Positions 1 to 9,342 of a DNA stretch of 64,000 bases are shown here, in pieces (the first letter of the stretch is position 1; every line of letters starts with the position of its first letter). The stretch is from a virus (Duplodnaviria; Heunggongvirae; Uroviricota; Caudoviricetes). The translations under genes were made by a program, and so were the position numbers. A model generated the notes under the pieces. That model was given only the letters and a program-made list of their open reading frames with translations, was not told the DNA's origin and made no database searches. Where the stretch lies: the IMG/VR virus record IMGVR_UViG_3300001687_001192; one strand, given 5' to 3'.

Positions 1-718
1 TCAAAAAAGAAATCCAGACGTGTGTGTCCCTGAAGAGCAAAAAATAAAAAAGCGAGCCACGCCGTGGGGAGAGATTACTTATTTAGAGTATAAACACAAA
101 GTGGAATTTCGGAAAAAAGAATATGAATATATAGATATGTACTGCAGAGAAAAGCCGCTTGATTGGTCTGCTTCTGTTTGGGATTTAGACAGCCTTAATT
201 TTATTATAGATTTTGACGTGCCCTTTATTAAAATTGGTTCAGCGATGTTAACCAATAATGATTTAATTATAGAGGCTGCAAAAACTAAAAAACAGCTTAT
301 AGTTTCAACTGGAATGTCGACTTTAGAGGAGATAGATAACTCATTTAATTTAATTCTTAAACACGGGCTTATACCAATTTTGATGCATACAAATGCTAGT
401 TATCCGACTCCACCTGAGGAGCTAAATCTTAAAATAATTCCTATGCTTATAGAGAGGTATAAGTGTGTTGTGGGGTATTCTGGGCATGAAAAAGATCTAG
501 AACCTACTGTGATTGCTGCTGCTCTTGGTGCAAAAGTAATTGAAAGACACATTACCCTTGATCACAACATGTGGGGTACAGACCAAAAAGCAAGTCTAGA
601 AATAATGGGCATGGATATACTTAAAAAAAGAATAGATGCTATAGATACAATTTTGGGGTCCGATGAAAAATATATAACTCCCAGTGAAATATCTATAAGA
701 AAAAAACTCCGAGGTTAA
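1..718 (+). CDS. neuB: N-acetylneuraminate synthase (NeuB/SpsE) family, 5' truncated by window, no C-terminal SAF domain
   Basis: Frame open from base 2 (QKRNPDV...); motifs FIKIGSA, STGMSTLEEI, LMHTNASYP, GYSGHE, IERHITLD. Confidence 0.9.
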   Translation, partial: QKRNPDVCVPEEQKIKKRATPWGEITYLEYKHKVEFRKKEYEYIDMYCREKPLDWSASVWDLDSLNFIIDFDVPFIKIGSAMLTNNDLIIEAAKTKKQLIVSTGMSTLEEIDNSFNLILKHGLIPILMHTNASYPTPPEELNLKIIPMLIERYKCVVGYSGHEKDLEPTVIAAALGAKVIERHITLDHNMWGTDQKASLEIMGMDILKKRIDAIDTILGSDEKYITPSEISIRKKLRG

Positions 719-721
719 AAA

Positions 722-1396
722 ATGAAGATCATTATAACAGGCTCCGAAGGAATAATCGGACAGAAGCTAGTTCCATTACTTACAGGTAATGGTCATAAAA
801 TTGTTAAGTGCGATAGGGATTTGGGGCATGATCTTTCCGATAAAAAATGCGTGGAGAGTTTTTTTGAAACACACCGTGCCGATGCCCTGATAAATCTATT
901 CGCTCTGGATGATAAATTAACAAATAACACAAAATCTGACACGGTCTGGGACTTTTCTTTAGATTTATTCATGGAATATATGGAAACAAATGTAGTATCG
1001 CTTTTTTCTGTGTGCCGAGAATTTGCCAAACATAATGATTCTGGGAGTATAATAAATTTTTCGTCGATTTATGGAGTAGTTTCTCCTGATTATTCGTTAT
1101 ATGAGTTAAACAAACATAAACATATTGGCTATTGTGTGTCTAAAGCAGCAGTTCTTCAAATGTCAAGATATTTAGCAGTTCATTTAGTGCCGTGTAGAGT
1201 AAACAGTATCGTTTGTGGGGCAATTGAAAACAAGCAAGAGTTAAAATTTGTTGAACGTTTTTCCAAGCGAGTTCCAATTGGCAGAATGATGAGTGCCGAT
1301 GAATTGGTTGGTTTGGTAGAATATCTCTGTTCTAATAAGTCATCTTATTGTACTGGCGGAGAATTTACTATTGATGGTGGATATACCATATGGTGA
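722..1396 (+). CDS. Short-chain dehydrogenase/reductase (SDR)
   Basis: IITGSEGIIG Rossmann motif, NFSSIYG, catalytic YCVSK, TGGEFTIDGG C-terminus. Confidence 0.9.
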   Translation: MKIIITGSEGIIGQKLVPLLTGNGHKIVKCDRDLGHDLSDKKCVESFFETHRADALINLFALDDKLTNNTKSDTVWDFSLDLFMEYMETNVVSLFSVCREFAKHNDSGSIINFSSIYGVVSPDYSLYELNKHKHIGYCVSKAAVLQMSRYLAVHLVPCRVNSIVCGAIENKQELKFVERFSKRVPIGRMMSADELVGLVEYLCSNKSSYCTGGEFTIDGGYTIW

Positions 1397-1400
1397 AAAA

Positions 1401-2279
1401 ATGATGAAAGTTTCCGTAGTTATTTCAGTTTGTGATAATCGAACCAATTTTTTTGAGAGATCTCTACATACGTGGTCTAATCAAACTCTACCAAAAAATG
1501 AATTCGAGTTAATTATTGTAGATGATGCCTCACGTGATGATATCAAGGATCTATGTTTTAAATTTCATGAAGAAACCGGCATGCAATTTCAATATATTAA
1601 AATAGATAGCTCTAAGTGTGACGTACCAATAACGACCTTTTTACCCATACTTACTAATAATGTGGGAATTAGAAAATCTAAAGGTGATGTTATCGTGATA
1701 ACTGGACCGGAGACTTTACAGGGAAAAGGAAACTTGCTAATAGCCTCTAGCATGATTGATAGGCGAGAATGCGCATATGGTCTGTGTTATAAATCTAACA
1801 CTGAGTTTGTTGGAGAGTTGGATAAGAACTGGGATAAATATAAAGATTTACATATGTCTGGCTTACTCAGAATGAAGGGGGCTGCTGTTTCTTGTTTGAC
1901 GCGTCCTCCGCATCCACCAGCATATTGGTATATAATGGCAGTAGCAAAGAAACATATAGAGCGGATTGGAGGAGTAGATGAGGCTTTTGGCACTGGTTAT
2001 TGTGCTGAAGATGATGATTTTGCAAATAGAATGCGTATGTCGGGCATAATACCCGTTTTTGAACATAAAATTATAGGTATACATCAAGATCATTCAGCCC
2101 AAGATGCTAAAGATAAAGTACACTCAGTAAGAAACGAGGAAAGGGGAAGACGCCTTAGACAAAAAAATATAGCGCTCATGAGAAAAAACTTACGTGAGGG
2201 AAAAATGATCGCTAATCAAGATCATGTTTGGGGAGATGAAAAAGTCATAACTTTTTCTGAAATGTGGTGTCAAAAATGA
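1401..2279 (+). CDS. Glycosyltransferase family 2
   Basis: VSVVIS, ELIIVDDAS, GGVDEAF..GYCAEDDDFANR; start moved to ATG 1401 after the SDR stop. Confidence 0.85.
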   Translation: MMKVSVVISVCDNRTNFFERSLHTWSNQTLPKNEFELIIVDDASRDDIKDLCFKFHEETGMQFQYIKIDSSKCDVPITTFLPILTNNVGIRKSKGDVIVITGPETLQGKGNLLIASSMIDRRECAYGLCYKSNTEFVGELDKNWDKYKDLHMSGLLRMKGAAVSCLTRPPHPPAYWYIMAVAKKHIERIGGVDEAFGTGYCAEDDDFANRMRMSGIIPVFEHKIIGIHQDHSAQDAKDKVHSVRNEERGRRLRQKNIALMRKNLREGKMIANQDHVWGDEKVITFSEMWCQK

Positions 2280-2845
2280 AATTACATCTAGGGTGCGGCG
2301 CGATACTTTTAAAAGGATATATTAACGTGGATATCGATCCTAAATATTTGACAAAAGACGCACCTTTTGAAATCTTAGAACAAAACATCACTACTATTGA
2401 GAAATATTATAAACACGAATTTTGTAAAGGATCTGGCGTTTGTGTCGCCGACGTTAAAGCAGCCATCGATGATCTTCCGTTTGATGCTGAATCCTGTGAC
2501 GAAGTGGTTCTTATACATGTTCTGGAACATGTCCCTAGTTATAATGTAACTAAGGTTTTAAACGAAATTAATAGAGTACTTAAAAATAAAGGAACATTCC
2601 ATTTAGGTGTGCCCGACTTAAAAGAAACTGCACGAGGCTTAATTAAAGCGAAATCTCCTGAAGAAGAAGATTGGTATATGAGATTGATATATGGTACACA
2701 AAGAAGCGAATGGTCACATCATTATTGTGGGTACACAGAAAGAACTATTAAAAACTTGGTCTTTGATCATGGGTTTGCTGGATATGAGAAATTACCCAAT
2801 ATTAACTTTTATCCTGCTATACATTTTAAAACTTTTAAGGAATAA
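2276..2845 (+). CDS. Class I SAM-dependent methyltransferase-like protein
   Basis: KLHLGCG...GYINVD, LPFDAESCDEV..HVLEH, RVLKNKG; ATGA overlap with GT2. Confidence 0.8.
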   Translation: MKLHLGCGAILLKGYINVDIDPKYLTKDAPFEILEQNITTIEKYYKHEFCKGSGVCVADVKAAIDDLPFDAESCDEVVLIHVLEHVPSYNVTKVLNEINRVLKNKGTFHLGVPDLKETARGLIKAKSPEEEDWYMRLIYGTQRSEWSHHYCGYTERTIKNLVFDHGFAGYEKLPNINFYPAIHFKTFKE

Positions 2846-2957
2846 GGCAACATTCAGTGGGGTCCACAAGAAAATAAACATTATGAAAAATAAGTTATCT
2901 GATGAAGAGTTTATAAAATTATGTTGTTTGGTATCAAAATATTCGGAGAAAAGATAA
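2846..2957 (+). pseudogene. Frameshifted C-terminal relic of a phage HNH endonuclease
   Basis: GGC AAC ATT CAG TGG +G+ GTC CAC AAG reads GNIQW / VHKKINIMKNKLSDEEFIKLC, resembling the phage HNH tail; no start codon. Confidence 0.6.
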
Positions 2958-3898
2958 TGAAAATATTAGTAACTGGTGGTACTGGATTTCTTGGAAAATA
3001 TGTTGTAACGGAAATCGAAAAAAGAAAATATAAAATAAAAGCAATTGGTAGTAATCATGACCTTACTCAGTTTGGTGTGGCTACAAAAATTGTTGACAGT
3101 TACCGCCCAAATGTGATAGTGCATTTGGCAGCTGCGTGTGGCGGAATCAAGGCAAACATAAATTGTCCTGGAAACTTTTTTAGAGATAATATATTAATGG
3201 GGATTAATATAATAGACGCTGCACGTTTATTAAAAGTAGAAAAAATTATATATGTTGGTACAACATGTAGTTATCCTAAAAATACTCCTGTTCCATTTCG
3301 TGAAGAAAACATATGGAGTAATTTCCCAGAAAAAACGAATGCTCCATATGGCATTGCCAAAAGGGCTTTGCTCGTTATGTTACAAGCATATCGAAAACAA
3401 TATGGATTAAATGGTATCTATCTCATACCGTCCAATCTATATGGACCTGGAGACCATTTTGATTTAGAAAATTCTCATGTTATTCCCGCACTTATAAGAA
3501 AGTTTTATGAGGCAAAAATAAATGGGGAAAAGGCTGTGGAGATTTGGGGTACTGGTAATGCTTGTAGAGAATTTCTATACGCAAAAGATGCTGCCACAGG
3601 CATCGTAGATGCGATGGAAAAATATAATGGGAATGATCCTGTTAACTTAGGAACCGGCTGCGAAATTTCAATTCGCGATTTGGTTACACTTATTAAGAAA
3701 AAAGTCGACTTTAATGGCGATATTGAATGGAATACTAAGATGCCAGATGGTCAACCCAGACGTTGCTTGGATGTATCCAAAGCTGCAGAATTTTTTGGTT
3801 TTCGTGCCTCGACCTCTCTTAGTGATGGGCTAGATGAAACAATTCAGTGGTATATTGATAATAGGGAAAATATTTTAAAAGGAGAAACAGAAGCGTGA
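2957..3898 (+). CDS. fcl: GDP-L-fucose synthase
   Basis: GGTGFLG, HLAAACGGIKAN, GTTCSYPK, YGIAK, NLYGPGD, SHVIPALIRK, WGTG, PDGQPRR. Confidence 0.95.
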   Translation: MKILVTGGTGFLGKYVVTEIEKRKYKIKAIGSNHDLTQFGVATKIVDSYRPNVIVHLAAACGGIKANINCPGNFFRDNILMGINIIDAARLLKVEKIIYVGTTCSYPKNTPVPFREENIWSNFPEKTNAPYGIAKRALLVMLQAYRKQYGLNGIYLIPSNLYGPGDHFDLENSHVIPALIRKFYEAKINGEKAVEIWGTGNACREFLYAKDAATGIVDAMEKYNGNDPVNLGTGCEISIRDLVTLIKKKVDFNGDIEWNTKMPDGQPRRCLDVSKAAEFFGFRASTSLSDGLDETIQWYIDNRENILKGETEA

Positions 3899-4908
3899 AA
3901 AAGAAAACTGCATTAATAACTGGCGTTGCTGGACAGGCTGGAAGTTATATGGCTGAGTTTCTTTTGGAAAAAGATTATGAGGTTGTTGGTGTAATTAGAC
4001 GAAACGCAACGAGAAATTTAGGCACTGTAGCCCATTTAGAGAGCGAAATAGATATAGTAGAGGGCGATGTAACAGATATGTCTTCTATGTTGAAGATAAT
4101 ACAGGATGTCCGCCCAAAAGAATTATACAATCTTGCTGCTCAATCTCATGTCCATACAAGTTTTGAACAACCCGTGGCGGCAATAAATATTAATACGCTT
4201 GGGGTAATTAATATATTAGAAACAGTTAAGGTATTAGGGTATTCTACCAGAATATATCAGGCTAGCACTTCTGAATTGTGGGGGTCTTCGCCCCCGCCCC
4301 AAAATGAAGAAACAATAATGCAACCACAATCGCCTTATGCCATAGCTAAACTGGCGGCTCATTGGTTAGTTAAACTTTATAGAAAAGCATATAAAATGTA
4401 TTGTTGCTGTGGCATAACTCACAACTTTGAAAGTCCCAGAAGAGGGCCGCTTTTTGTTACAAGAAAAATTTCGATGGGCGTCGCAAAATGTCTACAAAAT
4501 TCCAAATACAAACTAAAACTGGGCAATTTAAATGCTCAAAGGGATTGGGGATATTGTCCAGATTATGTGAAGGGCTGGTGGCAAATGCTTCAACAAGAAA
4601 CGCCCGATGATTTTGTTTTTGCCACAAACGAAATGCATTCCGTAAAAGAGTTTTGTGAAATAGCGTTTTCACACGTAGGTTTGAACTGGGAAGATTATGT
4701 AGAAGTAGATAGATTTCTTCGGAGACCAGCAGAAGTAGAGGCTTTGTGTGGCGACTATTCTAAAGCTAAAGAAATTTTAGGTTGGGAACCTAAAATAAAA
4801 TTTGAGGAACTGGTTAAAATTATGGTTGAACATGATTGTAAACTTTTAGGAGTATATCCAGATGCGAGTGATAAACACGACTGCGAAACTGAACCTATGT
4901 TTGAATAA
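3895..4908 (+). CDS. gmd: GDP-mannose 4,6-dehydratase
   Basis: ALITGVAGQAGSY, YNLAAQSHV, YQASTSEL, SPYAIAK, FVTRKI, LGNLNAQRDWG, RPAEV. Confidence 0.95.
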   Translation: MKKKTALITGVAGQAGSYMAEFLLEKDYEVVGVIRRNATRNLGTVAHLESEIDIVEGDVTDMSSMLKIIQDVRPKELYNLAAQSHVHTSFEQPVAAININTLGVINILETVKVLGYSTRIYQASTSELWGSSPPPQNEETIMQPQSPYAIAKLAAHWLVKLYRKAYKMYCCCGITHNFESPRRGPLFVTRKISMGVAKCLQNSKYKLKLGNLNAQRDWGYCPDYVKGWWQMLQQETPDDFVFATNEMHSVKEFCEIAFSHVGLNWEDYVEVDRFLRRPAEVEALCGDYSKAKEILGWEPKIKFEELVKIMVEHDCKLLGVYPDASDKHDCETEPMFE

Positions 4909-5164
4909 AAAATTAAAATTCCACCCAGATTATATAAAGTGGTTAAGTACCTGGGACTCAAATATTACTAGAAGTCCAACATTTATAATTCATGATTTTT
5001 GCTTTTCAGATAAGCATAAAGCATTTTGGCTCAGGTTGTATTGCCAAGGACGTACGAAAGATTTGGAATATTGGATTACGCCGGACAATAAAATGTATAT
5101 ATTGCCGGGAGTAACTACATTTTTAAGAAATTATGATGGTAAAGTATTTATAAATACAGAGTAA
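4862..5164 (+). CDS. Hypothetical protein, begins MRVINT
   Basis: 100-aa ORF overlapping the non-conserved tail of gmd; start fits the shared N-terminal motif. Confidence 0.55.
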   Translation: MRVINTTAKLNLCLNKKLKFHPDYIKWLSTWDSNITRSPTFIIHDFCFSDKHKAFWLRLYCQGRTKDLEYWITPDNKMYILPGVTTFLRNYDGKVFINTE

Positions 5165-5168
5165 AGGA

Positions 5169-5432
5169 ATGAAAATTCTAAATACTGATAAATTTAAAGT
5201 AGAGATTGGGGATAAAATAGAATTAAATCACAACTATAAAAAAATTTTAAAGAATTATAAAGATACTTTTTATATTGTAAAAAATATAACATATGTTAAA
5301 GAAGAGTTGTGGTTGGAAGTTTTAGATTCCAGTGGAAAACCATGGTTTATTGATATAACACCAAACAACAGACTTTTGCCGAAAGAAAAGTTCATGAACT
5401 ATAAGGGTAGAGTAATAAGGAAAATAAGGTGA
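5169..5432 (+). CDS. Hypothetical protein, begins MKILNT
   Basis: 87-aa ORF with AAGGA upstream, in operon. Confidence 0.7.
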   Translation: MKILNTDKFKVEIGDKIELNHNYKKILKNYKDTFYIVKNITYVKEELWLEVLDSSGKPWFIDITPNNRLLPKEKFMNYKGRVIRKIR

Positions 5433-5773
5433 AAATTGTAAATCCAAATAGATTTTTAGTACGTGTCGGTGATATGTTAGAATACAATCAAAAAGCAATA
5501 GATTATATTAATGTTTTCAAGAAAAAATTGGGGCATAAAATAATGCCTTCTGCCCCTGAACTTAATAAGCAAAATCCAACTGTTAAAAAATATGAAAAAG
5601 GTGTGGCTAGTAATGGAGAAAAATTTATAGAATTGTGGGTTGAACACAATGATAAATATACTGGATTTTCTGGTGTTGTTTGGGGTCCAAAAACAGATGT
5701 GTGGTGCCTAGATTTAGATGGCAGCATTAATGGATGTCCAGATCCTTTGTTTAAAAGGAAAATTGTAAATTAG
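5429..5773 (+). CDS. Hypothetical protein, begins MKIVNP (GTG start)
   Basis: GTGA overlap with previous ORF; N-terminus similar to ORF 5169 (K.h.N...F.V.hGD.hE). Confidence 0.7.
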   Translation: MKIVNPNRFLVRVGDMLEYNQKAIDYINVFKKKLGHKIMPSAPELNKQNPTVKKYEKGVASNGEKFIELWVEHNDKYTGFSGVVWGPKTDVWCLDLDGSINGCPDPLFKRKIVN

Positions 5774-5783
5774 GGGGAGATTA

Positions 5784-6584
5784 ATGTCTATTGGAATATT
5801 TGTGCCCTGTTTTAATGTGAGACCTTATATTAGAGAATCACTAGAAAGCATTTTAAAACAAACTTACAAAGATTGGGAGCTTGTTATTATAGATGATTGT
5901 TCTACAGATGGTACTTATGAAAAACTTAAAAGTTTTCGTACGTGGCTTTCTGATGATAATTTCTCCATTCATCAAAGAGAAAGTCATTGTGGCTTAATAG
6001 GTAAAGTTAAAAACGAGGCCATCTCCAAGTTTACTAGAGAGCATGAATATATATGTCATGTTGGCTCAGATGATATAATACCAGAATATTGTTTACAAGT
6101 ATGTGTAGATTATATGGATAAACATCCAGAAATAGGAGCGTGCTGTGGAAACTTTGTATGTTTTGACGACCAAGGTAACAAATGGACTTTTCCGCATGTG
6201 GCAAACAGCGGAGACTATGATCCAAGTGTCCTTCTTCGATATATGTGTTTATTTCCCCACAGATTTTATCGTCGGTCTGTGGTAGAACAAGTTGGTGGAT
6301 ATTCAAATGAACTTAGTTCTGCTGTTGATTATGACCTTGCTTTAAAACTAGATGAGGTAACTCAAATACATAGAATAAAAGATCCAATTACATATTATTA
6401 TCGGCAACATGCACAGCAAGTTTCTACAAGAGCGCGACCCGAACAGGATGCAAATGCTAAAAAAGCCTTAAAAGCTGCCCTTGAGAGAAGAAATATAGAT
6501 GCGATTGTTAAAAATGAAAAAATGCCCTTTGAAATTAAATATATAGAAGAAGAACATTTTATATGGGGAGGCGGCGGTGAGTAG
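5784..6584 (+). CDS. Glycosyltransferase family 2
   Basis: FVPCFN, WELVIIDDCSTDGT, SDD, VGGY...VDYDL..KL, YYYRQH. Confidence 0.9.
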   Translation: MSIGIFVPCFNVRPYIRESLESILKQTYKDWELVIIDDCSTDGTYEKLKSFRTWLSDDNFSIHQRESHCGLIGKVKNEAISKFTREHEYICHVGSDDIIPEYCLQVCVDYMDKHPEIGACCGNFVCFDDQGNKWTFPHVANSGDYDPSVLLRYMCLFPHRFYRRSVVEQVGGYSNELSSAVDYDLALKLDEVTQIHRIKDPITYYYRQHAQQVSTRARPEQDANAKKALKAALERRNIDAIVKNEKMPFEIKYIEEEHFIWGGGGE

Positions 6585-7428
6585 AAAGAAAAAGACGAAA
6601 ATCTTAGTGTGTGGGTCGGCCCAGTTTTTGATATCAAATTTTATACGTTACATTTTGTATAGGTCACAAGATTATAACATTGTAAGCGTAGATAATTTAG
6701 AAAAGCCATCCGACATTAAAAGAATTTATTTTCATAAAAATCATAGGTTTTATGTTGGTGATTCATCCGATGAATATTTTATAGATAGGATATTTTATAT
6801 AGAGAGGCCTAATATAATAATATGTGGCGATGAACAGCTTGATTATGAAAAATTATTAAAAACGGCGCAAAATTTAATTAAATTTAATGTGCCTATTATT
6901 ACAATATCTCCAACCGTATGTTGTGGTGAAGGAAATGATTTATATGGGATCTATAGCTCTGTAGATAAATTTATTACAACTAATAGAGGTATGGTAATAA
7001 GGTTACCAAATAGATTTGGAATGCGACAAAGACCAAGTATGCTTGAAAAGCAAGGAGTAAATCTGGCGTATATTATGGGCTGCGTTTTAAATAAAATTTA
7101 TTTTAAAGTTAATAATGTTGAGTTACCTTGGGTATATGCTGAAGATGTTGCATCTTTTCTTTGGTATTCAATAGAGAATTATCAAAAGGGCGAGACCATT
7201 TATATGCCGCCGCTTGGATTGAAGAGTGGTAAAGATATAGTTGAAAAAGTAATTGAAATGTATAACTTAAAGTCTGTTCCACATTGCGTTGAAGAAATTC
7301 CTAATGCAAATTGTGGTAATGAAGTTTATCGTATGGTTGGATGGATTCCAGATTCACAAGATATGGAGCATGCTTTAGAGAAGACTATTAAGTGGTTTGA
7401 TGTTAATAGGTGGGCCTTTAATGAGTAA
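6577..7428 (+). CDS. Degenerate dTDP-glucose 4,6-dehydratase (RmlB)-like NAD-dependent epimerase fold
   Basis: ILVCGSAQFLISNFIRY...VDNL and LEKTIKWF..N.W resemble RmlB termini; GxxGxxG and YxxxK not intact. Confidence 0.65.
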   Translation: MSRKKKTKILVCGSAQFLISNFIRYILYRSQDYNIVSVDNLEKPSDIKRIYFHKNHRFYVGDSSDEYFIDRIFYIERPNIIICGDEQLDYEKLLKTAQNLIKFNVPIITISPTVCCGEGNDLYGIYSSVDKFITTNRGMVIRLPNRFGMRQRPSMLEKQGVNLAYIMGCVLNKIYFKVNNVELPWVYAEDVASFLWYSIENYQKGETIYMPPLGLKSGKDIVEKVIEMYNLKSVPHCVEEIPNANCGNEVYRMVGWIPDSQDMEHALEKTIKWFDVNRWAFNE

Positions 7429-7455
7429 TAAAATATTTTCCTCGCCTCTTCGAAA

Positions 7456-7486
7456 TTGACTTAACTCGGACATCCGGGTTTGTCAA
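7456..7486 (+). promoter_or_regulatory. Intergenic inverted repeat upstream of tubulin gene
   Basis: TTGAC-TTAA-CTCGGA-CA-TCCGGG-TTT-GTCAA hairpin. Confidence 0.4.
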
Positions 7487-7517
7487 GAAAAAAATGCACA
7501 AAGGAGTGAAAAAAATT

Positions 7518-8963
7518 ATGGCTGATGAAAAAACAATTAAAAATCGGGTGGTTGTCACAGACGAAGTCGGTGAGGTGACTCGTGTGAAGTCCGACGCCGA
7601 AATTGTTGAAGAAAACCGACAACTCGAAGAAGCTTTGCGAGCCAAAAAAGAAAAGCCAGAAGTGCCAAAACTAGATCCAAACGTTCTTGCAAAACTAAAA
7701 GAGAAATCAATGGAGGATAATAAAATGAAGGCCGTTACGAAACGTGATAGAAGCCTGTATTTCGGAATAGTCGGATTGGGACAAGCGGGCAGCCGAATCA
7801 CGGAAACGTGTTATGGGTTGGGATATGAGGCATGTGTATTCAATACTGCCACTCAAGACCTTGAACATATTAAACTTCCTGATAACAAAAAAATCTTTCT
7901 ACCATTTGCACTAGGAGGTGCTGGCAAAGAACTGGATAATGGTAGACAGGCAGTAGAACAAAATGGAGAACTTATTCTTCAAAAACTTAATGAGACTTTT
8001 GGCGACGAACAAGAAATGCTGATATTAGCTGTCTCAGGTGGCGGTGGAACGGGCTCAGGCGGCGCAGAAGCGCTTTTAGGGCTGATGGCCTCACTTGGCA
8101 AGCCGATTGGCGTAATTTATGTGCTGCCAATGGAATCTGAAGATGCGCTGAGCAAACATAACTCTGTAGTAACATTGGGTAAATTGGCCAAGATGGCAAG
8201 CACAGACGCCATCACAACGTTAATTGTTGTCGACAATGCTAAAATCGAGCTAATATATCCAGGATTGAGCAAAGCCGATTTTTGGAACACGGCTAACAAC
8301 GCCATCGTTGAGCCTCTGCATTTGTTTAATCATTTGTCTGCTATGCCAACACAATACGATAGTCTAGATTCAATGGATTTTGGAAGGATCTTTACTACAG
8401 GAGACTGCACAATTTATGGGATGTTGGAAGTAGAAGATTATATGGAGACAACAGCTATAGCAGAAGCTGTAGTAGAAAACCTAGAAGCTGGTTTGCTTAC
8501 GAACGATTTTAATCTCAAAGAAACTAGGTTTGGTGGATTTATCGTAACTGGCAGCCCAGAAGTTCTCAGAGAGCTTCCAGCTATGAACATTCATTATGCT
8601 TCCCACATGATTAGTGAAGCATGTGATTCTCCCAGCTTAGTAAGCGGCGTTTATGAAGTTCCAACCAAGGACAATATCGTTAGGGTTTATACGCTTTTTA
8701 GTGGACTTGGCTTACCGTCGGCCAGGATAGAGGCGCTACAAAAAGACGCAGGCGAAAGAATGGCGGTTCTACGAGAAAAGGAAAAATCCCGTGCAGACAA
8801 AATGAACATAGAATATGGATCTGGTGTAGATACCAAATCTAAAGCTCAAGAGGTCCATAGAATGATTCAACAAAAAAAATCAGGCTTTGGAAAATTGACC
8901 GGTAATGCTAGTAAAAAAGTGTCAGGTAGTACAAAGGTAATTAAGGATAGGAGAAAACGATGA
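7518..8963 (+). CDS. Tubulin/FtsZ-family GTPase (PhuZ/TubZ-like) with N- and C-terminal extensions
   Basis: GLGQAGSRI, signature GGGGTGSGG, VVDNAK, LDSMDF; RBS AAGGAG at 7501. Confidence 0.9.
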   Translation: MADEKTIKNRVVVTDEVGEVTRVKSDAEIVEENRQLEEALRAKKEKPEVPKLDPNVLAKLKEKSMEDNKMKAVTKRDRSLYFGIVGLGQAGSRITETCYGLGYEACVFNTATQDLEHIKLPDNKKIFLPFALGGAGKELDNGRQAVEQNGELILQKLNETFGDEQEMLILAVSGGGGTGSGGAEALLGLMASLGKPIGVIYVLPMESEDALSKHNSVVTLGKLAKMASTDAITTLIVVDNAKIELIYPGLSKADFWNTANNAIVEPLHLFNHLSAMPTQYDSLDSMDFGRIFTTGDCTIYGMLEVEDYMETTAIAEAVVENLEAGLLTNDFNLKETRFGGFIVTGSPEVLRELPAMNIHYASHMISEACDSPSLVSGVYEVPTKDNIVRVYTLFSGLGLPSARIEALQKDAGERMAVLREKEKSRADKMNIEYGSGVDTKSKAQEVHRMIQQKKSGFGKLTGNASKKVSGSTKVIKDRRKR

Positions 8964-8991
8964 AAACCAAGGAGAAAACGATGAAAACCAA
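8950..8991 (+). repeat. Perfect 21-nt tandem duplication containing RBS and ATG
   Basis: GGAGAAAACGATGAAAACCAA x2 (8950-8970, 8971-8991). Confidence 0.95.
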
Positions 8992-9340
8992 AATTGAAGA
9001 GTTGGAAGCATATTTTAATATGCAAAGACAAGCTGGTCATACTACAGCTGTAATTCGTGGCGCAGCGGCAGTTGCCGATGATAAAAAAAGAACTATTATA
9101 ATTGCACATAACGAAGAAATGGCCCGCTATATACGTGGAATGATAGCACAAGAATATGCAGAAGCATATGATTACATAAAAGTTATATCAGTTCATAGCC
9201 TGGAAAAACTGCGTGGCATGTCCGGTCCCATGTTGGTTGACAATGCTGTATTTTGTACACTGGCCGCAGAGGCTAGGAAATTAAGAGAAGAAAAAGAACA
9301 GCTAGAAGAAAAGATAGAAGCAATTAAAAAGGTAATATAA
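8960..9340 (+). CDS. Small protein with degenerate P-loop-like motif
   Basis: RQAGHTT (Walker A-like, K to H), IIIAHN, MLVDN; alternative start at 8981. Confidence 0.6.
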   Translation: MKTKEKTMKTKIEELEAYFNMQRQAGHTTAVIRGAAAVADDKKRTIIIAHNEEMARYIRGMIAQEYAEAYDYIKVISVHSLEKLRGMSGPMLVDNAVFCTLAAEARKLREEKEQLEEKIEAIKKVI

Positions 9341-9342
9341 AA

